A stretch of 45,428 bases of DNA. Source: Nemertoderma westbladi (taxonomy: Eukaryota > Animalia > Xenacoelomorpha). Of this stretch, positions 14,619 to 28,100 are shown piece after piece. The notes below the pieces were generated by a model. That model was not told the origin of the DNA. It did not search any database and saw only the letters and a list, made by a program, of their open reading frames with translations. Position numbers and translations under genes: made by a program. Numbering within the stretch: the first letter of the stretch is position 1; the number at the start of each line of letters is the position of its first letter. The DNA lies in NCBI GenBank assembly GCA_032718475.1, contig JAUCBJ010004873.1, positions 1-45,428 on the forward strand. Reading direction: 5' to 3'.

Positions 14619-17600
14619 GCATTCTACACAAGAAGTACAGGCAAACGTACACTCACCACACACTTTGGCAAAATAATTAGTGTTGTTCAAATTAATTGTG
14701 GTAAGAATTGGTGAAGCATTCTACACAAGAAGTACAGGCAAACGTACACTCACCACACACTTTGGCAAAATATTTAGTGTTGTTCAAATTAATTGTGGTA
14801 AGAATTGGTGAAGCATTCTACACAAGAAGTACAGGCAAACGTACACTCACCACACACTTTGGCAAAATAATTAGTGTTGTTCAAATTAATTGTGGTAAGA
14901 ATTGGTGAAGCATTCTACACAAGAAGTACAGGCAAACGTACACTCACCACACACTTTGGCAAAATATTTAGTGTTGTTCAAATTAATTGTGGTAAGAATT
15001 GGTGAAGCATTCTACACAAGAAGTACAGGCAAACGTACACTCACCACACACTTTGGCAAAATATTTAGTGTTGTTCAAATTAATTGTGGTAAGAATTGGT
15101 GAAGCATTCTACACAAGAAGTACAGGCAAACGTACACTCACCACACACTTTGGCAAAATATTTAGTGTTGTTCAAATTAATTGTGGTAAGAATTGGTGAA
15201 GCATTCTACACAAGAAGTACAGGCAAACGTACACTCACCACACACTTTGGCAAAATATTTAGTGTTGTTCAAATTAATTGTGGTAAGAATTGGTGAAGCA
15301 TTCTACACAAGAAGTACAGGCAAACGTACACTCACCACACACTTTGGCAAAATATTTAGTGTTGTTCAAATTAATTGTGGTAAGAATTGGTGAAGCATTC
15401 TACACAAGAAGTACAGGCAAACGTACACTCACCACACACTTTGGCAAAATATTTAGTGTTGTTCAAATTAATTGTGGTAAGAATTGGTGAAGCATTCTAC
15501 ACAAGAAGTACAGGCAAACGTACACTCACCACACACTTTGGCAAAATATTTAGTGTTGTTCAAATTAATTGTGGTAAGAATTGGTGAAGCATTCTACACA
15601 AGAAGTACAGGCAAACGTACACTCACCACACACTTTGGCAAAATATTTAGTGTTGTTCAAATTAATTGTGGTAAGAATTGGTGAAGCATTCTACACAAGA
15701 AGTACAGGCAAACGTACACTCACCACACACTTTGGCAAAATATTTAGTGTTGTTCAAATTAATTGTGGTAAGAATTGGTGAAGCATTCTACACAAGAAGT
15801 ACAGGCAAACGTACACTCACCACACACTTTGGCAAAATATTTAGTGTTGTTCAAATTAATTGTGGTAAGAATTGGTGAAGCATTCTACACAAGAAGTACA
15901 GGCAAACGTACACTCACCACACACTTTGGCAAAATATTTAGTGTTGTTCAAATTAATTGTGGTAAGAATTGGTGAAGCATTCTACACAAGAAGTACAGGC
16001 AAACGTACACTCACCACACACTTTGGCAAAATATTTAGTGTTGTTCAAATTAATTGTGGTAAGAATTGGTGAAGCATTCTACACAAGAAGTACAGGCAAA
16101 CGTACACTCACCACACACTTTGGCAAAATATTTAGTGTTGTTCAAATTAATTGTGGTAAGAATTGGTGAAGCATTCTACACAAGAAGTACAGGCAAACGT
16201 ACACTCACCACACACTTTGGCAAAATATTTAGTGTTGTTCAAATTAATTGTGGTAAGAATTGGTGAAGCATTCTACACAAGAAGTACAGGCAAACGTACA
16301 CTCACCACACACTTTGGCAAAATATTTAGTGTTGTTCAAATTAATTGTGGTAAGAATTGGTGAAGCATTCTACACAAGAAGTACAGGCAAACGTACACTC
16401 ACCACACACTTTGGCAAAATATTTAGTGTTGTTCAAATTAATTGTGGTAAGAATTGGTGAAGCATTCTACACAAGAAGTACAGGCAAACGTACACTCACC
16501 ACACACTTTGGCAAAATATTTAGTGTTGTTCAAATTAATTGTGGTAAGAATTGGTGAAGCATTCTACACAAGAAGTACAGGCAAACGTACACTCACCACA
16601 CACTTTGGCAAAATATTTAGTGTTGTTCAAATTAATTGTGGTAAGAATTGGTGAAGCATTCTACACAAGAAGTACAGGCAAACGTACACTCACCACACAC
16701 TTTGGCAAAATATTTAGTGTTGTTCAAATTAATTGTGGTAAGAATTGGTGAAGCATTCTACACAAGAAGTACAGGCAAACGTACACTCACCACACACTTT
16801 GGCAAAATATTTAGTGTTGTTCAAATTAATTGTGGTAAGAATTGGTGAAGCATTCTACACAAGAAGTACAGGCAAACGTACACTCACCACACACTTTGGC
16901 AAAATATTTAGTGTTGTTCAAATTAATTGTGGTAAGAATTGGTGAAGCATTCTACACAAGAAGTACAGGCAAACGTACACTCACCACACACTTTGGCAAA
17001 ATATTTAGTGTTGTTCAAATTAATTGTGGTAAGAATTGGTGAAGCATTCTACACAAGAAGTACAGGCAAACGTACACTCACCACACACTTTGGCAAAATA
17101 TTTAGTGTTGTTCAAATTAATTGTGGTAAGAATTGGTGAAGCATTCTACACAAGAAGTACAGGCAAACGTACACTCACCACACACTTTGGCAAAATATTT
17201 AGTGTTGTTCAAATTAATTGTGGTAAGAATTGGTGAAGCATTCTACACAAGAAGTACAGGCAAACGTACACTCACCACACACTTTGGCAAAATATTTAGT
17301 GTTGTTCAAATTAATTGTGGTAAGAATTGGTGAAGCATTCTACACAAGAAGTACAGGCAAACGTACACTCACCACACACTTTGGCAAAATATTTAGTGTT
17401 GTTCAAATTAATTGTGGTAAGAATTGGTGAAGCATTCTACACAAGAAGTACAGGCAAACGTACACTCACCACACACTTTGGCAAAATATTTAGTGTTGTT
17501 CAAATTAATTGTGGTAAGAATTGGTGAAGCATTCTACACAAGAAGTACAGGCAAACGTACACTCACCACACACTTTGGCAAAATATTTAGTGTTGTTCAA

Positions 17601-20600
17601 ATTAATTGTGGTAAGAATTGGTGAAGCATTCTACACAAGAAGTACAGGCAAACGTACACTCACCACACACTTTGGCAAAATATTTAGTGTTGTTCAAATT
17701 AATTGTGGTAAGAATTGGTGAAGCATTCTACACAAGAAGTACAGGCAAACGTACACTCACCACACACTTTGGCAAAATATTTAGTGTTGTTCAAATTAAT
17801 TGTGGTAAGAATTGGTGAAGCATTCTACACAAGAAGTACAGGCAAACGTACACTCACCACACACTTTGGCAAAATATTTAGTGTTGTTCAAATTAATTGT
17901 GGTAAGAATTGGTGAAGCATTCTACACAAGAAGTACAGGCAAACGTACACTCACCACACACTTTGGCAAAATATTTAGTGTTGTTCAAATTAATTGTGGT
18001 AAGAATTGGTGAAGCATTCTACACAAGAAGTACAGGCAAACGTACACTCACCACACACTTTGGCAAAATATTTAGTGTTGTTCAAATTAATTGTGGTAAG
18101 AATTGGTGAAGCATTCTACACAAGAAGTACAGGCAAACGTACACTCACCACACACTTTGGCAAAATATTTAGTGTTGTTCAAATTAATTGTGGTAAGAAT
18201 TGGTGAAGCATTCTACACAAGAAGTACAGGCAAACGTACACTCACCACACACTTTGGCAAAATATTTAGTGTTGTTCAAATTAATTGTGGTAAGAATTGG
18301 TGAAGCATTCTACACAAGAAGTACAGGCAAACGTACACTCACCACACACTTTGGCAAAATATTTAGTGTTGTTCAAATTAATTGTGGTAAGAATTGGTGA
18401 AGCATTCTACACAAGAAGTACAGGCAAACGTACACTCACCACACACTTTGGCAAAATATTTAGTGTTGTTCAAATTAATTGTGGTAAGAATTGGTGAAGC
18501 ATTCTACACAAGAAGTACAGGCAAACGTACACTCACCACACACTTTGGCAAAATATTTAGTGTTGTTCAAATTAATTGTGGTAAGAATTGGTGAAGCATT
18601 CTACACAAGAAGTACAGGCAAACGTACACTCACCACACACTTTGGCAAAATATTTAGTGTTGTTCAAATTAATTGTGGTAAGAATTGGTGAAGCATTCTA
18701 CACAAGAAGTACAGGCAAACGTACACTCACCACACACTTTGGCAAAATATTTAGTGTTGTTCAAATTAATTGTGGTAAGAATTGGTGAAGCATTCTACAC
18801 AAGAAGTACAGGCAAACGTACACTCACCACACACTTTGGCAAAATATTTAGTGTTGTTCAAATTAATTGTGGTAAGAATTGGTGAAGCATTCTACACAAG
18901 AAGTACAGGCAAACGTACACTCACCACACACTTTGGCAAAATATTTAGTGTTGTTCAAATTAATTGTGGTAAGAATTGGTGAAGCATTCTACACAAGAAG
19001 TACAGGCAAACGTACACTCACCACACACTTTGGCAAAATATTTAGTGTTGTTCAAATTAATTGTGGTAAGAATTGGTGAAGCATTCTACACAAGAAGTAC
19101 AGGCAAACGTACACTCACCACACACTTTGGCAAAATATTTAGTGTTGTTCAAATTAATTGTGGTAAGAATTGGTGAAGCATTCTACACAAGAAGTACAGG
19201 CAAACGTACACTCACCACACACTTTGGCAAAATATTTAGTGTTGTTCAAATTAATTGTGGTAAGAATTGGTGAAGCATTCTACACAAGAAGTACAGGCAA
19301 ACGTACACTCACCACACACTTTGGCAAAATATTTAGTGTTGTTCAAATTAATTGTGGTAAGAATTGGTGAAGCATTCTACACAAGAAGTACAGGCAAACG
19401 TACACTCACCACACACTTTGGCAAAATATTTAGTGTTGTTCAAATTAATTGTGGTAAGAATTGGTGAAGCATTCTACACAAGAAGTACAGGCAAACGTAC
19501 ACTCACCACACACTTTGGCAAAATATTTAGTGTTGTTCAAATTAATTGTGGTAAGAATTGGTGAAGCATTCTACACAAGAAGTACAGGCAAACGTACACT
19601 CACCACACACTTTGGCAAAATATTTAGTGTTGTTCAAATTAATTGTGGTAAGAATTGGTGAAGCATTCTACACAAGAAGTACAGGCAAACGTACACTCAC
19701 CACACACTTTGGCAAAATATTTAGTGTTGTTCAAATTAATTGTGGTAAGAATTGGTGAAGCATTCTACACAAGAAGTACAGGCAAACGTACACTCACCAC
19801 ACACTTTGGCAAAATATTTAGTGTTGTTCAAATTAATTGTGGTAAGAATTGGTGAAGCATTCTACACAAGAAGTACAGGCAAACGTACACTCACCACACA
19901 CTTTGGCAAAATATTTAGTGTTGTTCAAATTAATTGTGGTAAGAATTGGTGAAGCATTCTACACAAGAAGTACAGGCAAACGTACACTCACCACACACTT
20001 TGGCAAAATATTTAGTGTTGTTCAAATTAATTGTGGTAAGAATTGGTGAAGCATTCTACACAAGAAGTACAGGCAAACGTACACTCACCACACACTTTGG
20101 CAAAATATTTAGTGTTGTTCAAATTAATTGTGGTAAGAATTGGTGAAGCATTCTACACAAGAAGTACAGGCAAACGTACACTCACCACACACTTTGGCAA
20201 AATATTTAGTGTTGTTCAAATTAATTGTGGTAAGAATTGGTGAAGCATTCTACACAAGAAGTACAGGCAAACGTACACTCACCACACACTTTGGCAAAAT
20301 ATTTAGTGTTGTTCAAATTAATTGTGGTAAGAATTGGTGAAGCATTCTACACAAGAAGTACAGGCAAACGTACACTCACCACACACTTTGGCAAAATAAT
20401 TAGTGTTGTTCAAATTAATTGTGGTAAGAATTGGTGAAGCATTCTACACAAGAAGTACAGGCAAACGTACACTCACCACACACTTTGGCAAAATATTTAG
20501 TGTTGTTCAAATTAATTGTGGTAAGAATTGGTGAAGCATTCTACACAAGAAGTACAGGCAAACGTACACTCACCACACACTTTGGCAAAATATTTAGTGT

Positions 20601-20826
20601 TGTTCAAATTAATTGTGGTAAGAATTGGTGAAGCATTCTACACAAGAAGTACAGGCAAACGTACACTCACCACACACTTTGGCAAAATAATTAGTGTTGT
20701 TCAAATTAATTGTGGTAAGAATTGGTGAAGCATTCTACACAAGAAGTACAGGCAAACGTACACTCACCACACACTTTGGCAAAATAATTAGTGTTGTTCA
20801 AATTAATTGTGGTAAGAATTGGTGAA
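14619..20826. repeat. Satellite C, 64 x 97-bp near-identical monomers
   Basis: Unit gcattctacacaagaagtacaggcaaacgtacactcaccacacactttggcaaaatatttagtgttgttcaaattaattgtggtaagaattggtgaa. The ORF track repeats every 97 bp, and 14619 + 64 x 97 = 20827, where the B-type unit starts. Confidence 0.98.
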
Positions 20827-22036
20827 GCATTCTACGCAAGTACGGGCAAACATACACTCACCTCGTACTTGGCAAAATATTTAGTGGAGCAAATGGATTG
20901 TGGTATAATTGGTAAAGCATTCTACACAAGTACGGGCAAACATACACTCACCTCATACTTGGCAAATTATTTAGTGGAGCAAATGGATTGTGGTATAATT
21001 GGCAAAGCATTCTACACAAGTACGGGCAAACATACACTCACCTCATACTTGGCAAAATATGAAAGTGGAGCAAATGGATTGCGGTATAATTGGTAAAGCA
21101 TTCTACACAAGTACGGGCAAACATACACTCACCTCATACTTGGCAAAATATGAAAGTGGAGCAAATGGATTGCGGTATAATTGGTAAAGCATTCTACACA
21201 AGTACGGGCACACATACACTCACCTCATACTTGGCAAAATATTTAGTGGAGCAAATATGGATTGCGGTATAATTGGTAAAGCATTCTACACAAGTACGGG
21301 CAAACATACACTCACCTCATACTTGGCAAAATATGAAAGTGGAGCAAATGGATTGCGGTATAATTGGTAAAGCATTCTACACAAGTACGGGCAAACATAC
21401 ACTCACCTCATACTTGGCAAAATATTTAGTGGAGCAAATGGATTGCGGTATAATTGGTAAAGCATTCTACACAAGTACGGGCACACATACACTCACCTCA
21501 TACTTGGGCAAAATATTAAAGTGGAGCAAATGGATTGTGGTATAATTGGTAAAGCATTCTACACAAGTACGGGCAAACATACACTCACCTCATACTTGGC
21601 AAAATATTTAGTGGAGCAAATATGGATTGCGGTATAATTGGTAAAGCATTCTACACAAGTACGGGCAAACATACACTCACCTCATACTTGGCAAAATATG
21701 AAAGTGGAGCAAATGGATTGCGGTATAATTGGTAAAGCATTCTACACAAGTACGGGCAAACATACACTCACCTCATACTTGGCAAAATATTTAGTGGAGC
21801 AAATGGATTGCGGTATAATTGGTAAAGCATTCTACACAAGTACGGGCACACATACACTCACCTCATACTTGGCAAAATATTTAGTGGAGCAAATGGATTG
21901 TGGTATAATTGGTAAAGCATTCTACACAAGTACGGGCACACATACACTCAACTCGTACTAGGGAAAAATGTTAAAGTGAAGCAAAATAATTGTGGTCAAA
22001 TTGGTAAAGCATTATAAATCGTTAGGGAAAACGTAC
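20827..22036. repeat. Satellite B array 2, 90-92-bp monomer, ~13 copies, last unit degenerate
   Basis: Same monomer and orientation as 9732-10717. It continues in register from array C and decays at ~21950-22036. Confidence 0.95.
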
Positions 22037-22150
22037 TTGCTCAATTGACAGATATGGGATTGTACATTGTAGATGAAGTAGGGCATCTAGAGGAATGGTG
22101 CAGAAGGTGATAATTTAAAAAGTCAATTTTTGAGCTATTAGGAATACAAT

Positions 22151-25100
22151 TTAGCCACCAGGTGCATCATCCTCAAACTCAACAGTTCCACTTCTTGCAG
22201 GATTTGAGAGAGATCCGCATTGATGGACAACTAAAGAGGTTCTATATATTCTATTATATTCCGCAACAACACGTATTAATTGATTTAGAACGTATTGAGG
22301 TCCACTGTTTCGTCGGATATTTCTGTGGATGAATCTCTCAACATCCAACCTTCGTGCATTTCTTTCCTCTTCCGACTCTGTAGGAAATTGGCATATATAG
22401 GCAAAAATTGCCCAAGGATGGAACTCTGTACGGTCGGTAAATATGGAGCCATTGCCACTATTATGTTCCCGCAGTCTAGTCAACAAACTCCTGGATGTTT
22501 GCCCTATATAGCTTACAGATGGATGTGCTGTAGATATTAACATGTACACATAACCAGTTTCCGATTCTGGGATATCTCTGTAAAATGGTCGCAATGGATG
22601 TTGTACATCCGTTATAACACGTTGTGGATTGGTGTTCTGAATGTCAAGAGCTGTCAGGCGTTCTTCAATAGGCCCAGCCCACATAGAGTCACGTGATAAT
22701 GTTTCAGCTAATGCCATGCGTGTATCCGCTCTCAGACCAACAAAATACAGATTCTGGAAACTAGGAACCCGCGATATAAGTACCAAAAGTTGCTCCCTCT
22801 CCCATAACCTAAATATGCGATCTGATGAGGATATTTGTGTCGCAGCTATTGGGCATGTTTCACCCATTATTCGGTGTATTGTGTTGGCAATAAAGTATCG
22901 TAGGGGATACTGTGTTCTTCGACCTTGAAGTAGTTGAACTCCTACAACTGATGGCATAGTTGTAAAGCGTCCTAGCAAAATTCTTTGCCAAGTTGCTTGA
23001 ACTGGCAATATATTCCGCACACCTGGGGGAACCAAAGCCACGGTTATCTGTGCCTGGTCATTGAATTCTTGTGGGATGTTCTGCACCACTGAAACTTGGC
23101 CTTGGGAGTATTGGGTGTTCCCATGTTGATGGTTACGGGTTAATCTAGTAACGGCTCCTTCAAAGATAATTAATTCCTCTGGCTCTAAACAATGGCGGTT
23201 TAGTTGTTGTGTCACATGGGCACCCGCTGGACCCCAGTCATAGTGATGCTGTACTTCATCTTTCGCAATGGAGGATACAGTTCGAATATTTTGGTCAGAG
23301 ATCTTGCGCTGCAGGAATTCCTTAACCACCTTTGTCTCTGCTTTCCTTGTTCCAACAATTCTAACAGCTTCTTGGGGTACTTCATTCCATGAGGTAACAA
23401 ACTTGGCATTAGCCATTATGTTATTTACAATCTGATGTTGTTCTGATGGAGGAATGGTGGTCTGCCTCATCAATTCCAGAGTATTTTGAAGATGAATATC
23501 TGATGCAGCACGGACATAATGTTTCAGCTGAATCACTTTGAAAGAAGTAATAAGATTTGTAGACATAAATATAGGACGGCCATCTATAGGAGGTAACTGG
23601 TGTTGATCACCATTCATAATAAGTAGTTTACCTCCAAATGGTAAATCATTGCTCATGATATTCTTCATGGTTGTGTCCAGAATACCATAAAATTCTGCAG
23701 AGATCAGTCCTACTTCTTCCAGGATAAATACATTTGTACGTTTTAGAAGAAGTAGTTTCATTGGATCTTGTTTAAGACGTTGTATAGTTTGTCTTGCCAG
23801 AATGTGAGGGTGACTACTTTTTAAACTTCTAGTTGGGACTGGGAAGGCAATATGGATATGAAATCCACCTAGTGTTCTGGAACGTTCACTTGTCAGTGAA
23901 AGTAATGCAGTGTTGAGACCTCGCGATATAAGATACAAGGTGGCAATTTGAATGAGCAAAGTCTTGCCACAACCTGGTGGTCCAGTTATTAGTAAAAACT
24001 TAGGCAGCTGGTTGGTTGATGGATTCAAGTACTGCTGGACAACTTGTTTAATAGTTTGTAGTGCATTGTTCTGCTCTGCTTGAGAAGGCATTGATTGATG
24101 TAGTGCTACTGGGAGTTGTGGATCCCAGTTCATGGGATAATCAAATGTTGCCTCCATGAAATCATCCATTGGTGGGAGCTGCATCTTTGTGGAAAGATCG
24201 CCATGGTTGGTCTCAACAAGATAATGTTTCCGAGATCTTTCAATAGTAAGGATTCGTTCTGCAGCTTCCTCACGCAGAGCTATGTATGAAACTGAAGGAA
24301 CATCTGCAGATATGCGACCACCTGAGAGTAGAATCTCATCTATAGCACTTTTAGCATTAATTAAATATTTCTGGAACTGATTTGCGCCAAAGGAATAAGT
24401 CTGGAGTTGTTCATTTACATATCTTTTAAGGATGGTGTCTGCTTCTTCCTTTGTGGGATTATTATAATCAGCTATTAGACCTGCATTCTGGAATGCTATT
24501 GTAAACGAAGCAACTTCCATAACATCTAATTCCGTTGTAAATTCCCCAAGAGTTAATATGATATGATATAGAAATTTAATTCGATGATGTGCCCCTATAT
24601 TAGGTATAACTGCAATAGTTTCTTTGCTCTGGGCAACAAAGCGTTTATGGAGATTTCCATCAACATCTTCATCCTGTATTTCTTTAAGAAGATTTAACAC
24701 TTCTTCCTTGCCTTCTCTCTGGGGTTGCTTTTCTATAAAGTCAATGGCCCTGTTAATAGAACAGCTGCGTATTTTAACAATATTATTATAACCATCTATC
24801 CATGGCTGTTGCTGAATATCATCATGTACAGAATGTGATGGTAATTTGTTCTTTATGATGAAAATTTCATGATAGTCAATGAGCTTGTTGAAAATGCAAA
24901 TCTCTGGTGGACGAATATTGAATCGCTCAGTATTATCTAATTTATAATCCGAAGATATATATTCTCGAATAAGTCTCTGTTGGCTACGAGTAAAGTGGCG
25001 CCAAAGAGGTAAATTGTTCCTCAATTCTATACTGGAGATATAACTTCCATATGAACCCTCAATGTGTTCATTCGATTTCTTTGCACAAACACCAGAGCGA

Positions 25101-28100
25101 TATTCAGGAGGAAGAGTGCTTATGTGGATGAAGTCGGCTGTACATCTTGTATAAGGATAACCAAGTGCAAATCTGGCGAGCTCTGGTATTCCAATCTCAC
25201 GAGAATTTGAGGCAATATCTTTCTTAATTGCTTGGTTTATCTTAACACCAGATATTTTTACATTTTCTTGGTCACCAACTTCTGTCCTTATTATATCGGG
25301 GTTCTTTGTGCCATATACTTTCACTTTCCTCCTCTCCTCAACACCGCCTATATATTTCGACAGGTAAGAGCTTGAAAACTTGCGGTCGGTTACTTGACAA
25401 TTAAATGAACTTCGTAGGGCTAAGGCCATTTCAGCAATAGTCGGTAAGTAAGTTGGTGGGTGTCTAGTAGAATAGTGGTAACGGCCTGCAGTCAGATTTG
25501 GTGCCAGTTGCCATTCCAGCTGGTACTCTTTATTCAATACTCTTTTAGCAAGTCCAATATCTTCCAATATATTGTAGATTTCCTTGGAATAAAGGTCTTT
25601 CTTTTCCTGAAACCAATTGGAAGAACTTGTGGGATGAGATGGTACTCTGCAGATTTTATTGCCATCCTTATCCTTGCGTTTGTGACACCGTTCAGAGGCC
25701 GCCTTACAGTTATGAATAGTGACCATTTCAACTATGCTTTTGGCCTCATGGAAATCCTGCCAAGAATCGACAATACCGGCATGCAGAAGGTTATGAAAGT
25801 CATCTGGGCCAAAAGGTAGGCGATCTGGATCACATGTGACACGTTCCATTGTAGTCTGTATCGGTTCAGGGTATAAAGAAATGCCACCATGGAAATGGCA
25901 TTTGTTTCCCTTGGCACCCTTGTCCTGAAATTCAGCTCGGGCAAACATATGTTTTACTGGTCCAAGCCGTTCTTCATGACTAGTTTCTATGTAGTCTAAG
26001 ATATATTGGGCCACTCGTTCCCATGCCCGACATAGTAGCAATGCATTCGCATCATATATGTCACCATATTCCATATCACTGGCCTCACAGAACTTCTTCA
26101 TTTTGCAAATGATTGGCGCAAGACCCATGGTTGAAGTTTCATTGGCTGTTATTGTAAAAAAGTATGACCAGGGATATTTGTTAATAAGGGCTGCCAGTTC
26201 TTTCACAACCCTGCTACTGTTTGATTCCTCAAATTCCAGCGGTGTGTCATGGACATCACTTTTTGTTGCACGGGATTCATCAAGGAATTCTAGACCACGA
26301 TTAAAAAATACAGTAGTTGGACGCTTATTTAATTTGGAATTTATGCGCACATCTGCAGCCCAATGTAAATAGTTCAAGTCATGAGAAGTTGATAAGTCAC
26401 CATCACGCAATCGAATTGTGAGCATATCCTGGTTCGATAAGACATGATGTCTTGAAATTGCAGTTGACATCTCGGTAAATATATGATGAGGTATTGCACC
26501 CACAATAGCATCAAAGTGATTGTACCAAAAAGTTGTTGGAAATATATTACCTTCAAGGAACAACAATGATGTTGATGGTGCAGAATTCTTGGCAACAATT
26601 TCATTTAACAATTGCGCTTTCTTAGCCCCCGGATGCTTAGAAAGATCGCGATGTAACAATCCATATATATCATTGAGGAGACAGTGACTAGGAAAACTTT
26701 GTGCTCCTGTAACAGGGAACAGTTGCTTCCTGCTACTAGCAGAAGATGGTATATCTCCAGATGGTAAGGTGTTCTCATCTGTTAAGAAATTCTGCAGATC
26801 CTCCAGATATTCCCAATCAGAATCTTCATCTGCATTTTCAGGAATAATTATTTCAAATCCGGAATTATCATGCTCCTCGTCACTATTAATATTATTGTCA
26901 ATATTGATACCCAGAAGGAGATCTTCCAATTCTGCATCAGAGTCAATTTCACCTTGATTAGAACATGGTTCTAGTGGTTGGTTATTACATAGTGGAGATT
27001 GACGATATCTAACTGTGATTGGTGAGGCATTGCCAATAGCATACAATCTGAAATGCTTGAGACATACAGCAACAAGGCAATGGTATGTCAATATTCCATC
27101 AGGACACCGGTGATTTGCTGGTTTACGGCAACTGCCAACTGAACATGTAGCATTTGATACCCTGGGCTCGTTTATAAGGTATAGGTTATGTTTTGCACAA
27201 GTTATCTGTCGTTGTCCACCTAGAGATCTTTTGATGACGTCATCACGATGTTCACTGGTGTTTGTATTGATGTAGATGGCTAGTCTCCATGTGTGGAACC
27301 AGGATGATTTATTGCACGCTGTAGTTGCCACTCTAGATCCTCCATTTCCAATACACCAAAACCGCATGTCTGGCTCCCACCGGAATATTATTGTATCCTC
27401 TATATCCTCTGTCAATACAAACATCAGTTTGAATTCGCCAATACGTGTTTTTGGTTGAATCCCTTGGGATGAAGAGTTCCTACATATAATCACATCATAC
27501 AAGTCTGAACGAGTTTCTGTACGACTTATTATCTGCTCCATTGTACGCAGTGTCGACTTAGTTGATAGTCGGAGCAGTAGATTAACAACCTTGTCCATAA
27601 ATGGTGCATCTGGGTTGGTTAATATACAAGGATCATTTGAGATCTTTGAATAGACAACATTCTTGTTGCAGGATCTCGATGGACGATTTAATCCGGATAT
27701 AGAAGCTACAGCTGCAAGTACCCAACCCAACAGATTATCATTTTCAGATATATACTTCTGAAGACAAAGTTGGTGGATCCTCCGGTTATAAAGAAGGATG
27801 GTGGTAATGGCACTGCCAAGACAATCATGAATATTATTGATGTTTACTTTAAATGGAAAAGCCCCAACATCATTCATCGGATGGACTATTGATAATATTA
27901 GGCTTTTAGCCTGAAACATATATTTTATGTTGGTGCTTTGAGCTTCTTGTCTCTCATTCTGATGTCGACTTATTTGCCAAGCATGGAATGTATCACGCAT
28001 GGACATATAGCTTCCTCCAGCAAGACATTTCTTAAGAGCAGTACCCTCAGGGGTCTTTCCACTGTTCATGAGACCAGTTAATTTAGATCTTACTATACCA

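Noticed and set aside
14619-20826. CRISPR-like regular periodicity (also in arrays A and D)
   Set aside because: Entire monomers repeat with no unique spacers, there are no cas genes, and the context is eukaryotic.
1340-21961. Dozens of 60-107-aa ORFs, including the repeated 66-aa ORF
   Set aside because: They are translations of satellites A, B and C, mostly with non-ATG starts and monomer lengths that shift frame. No protein motifs. The lone spacer ORF at 13036-13218 is also featureless.
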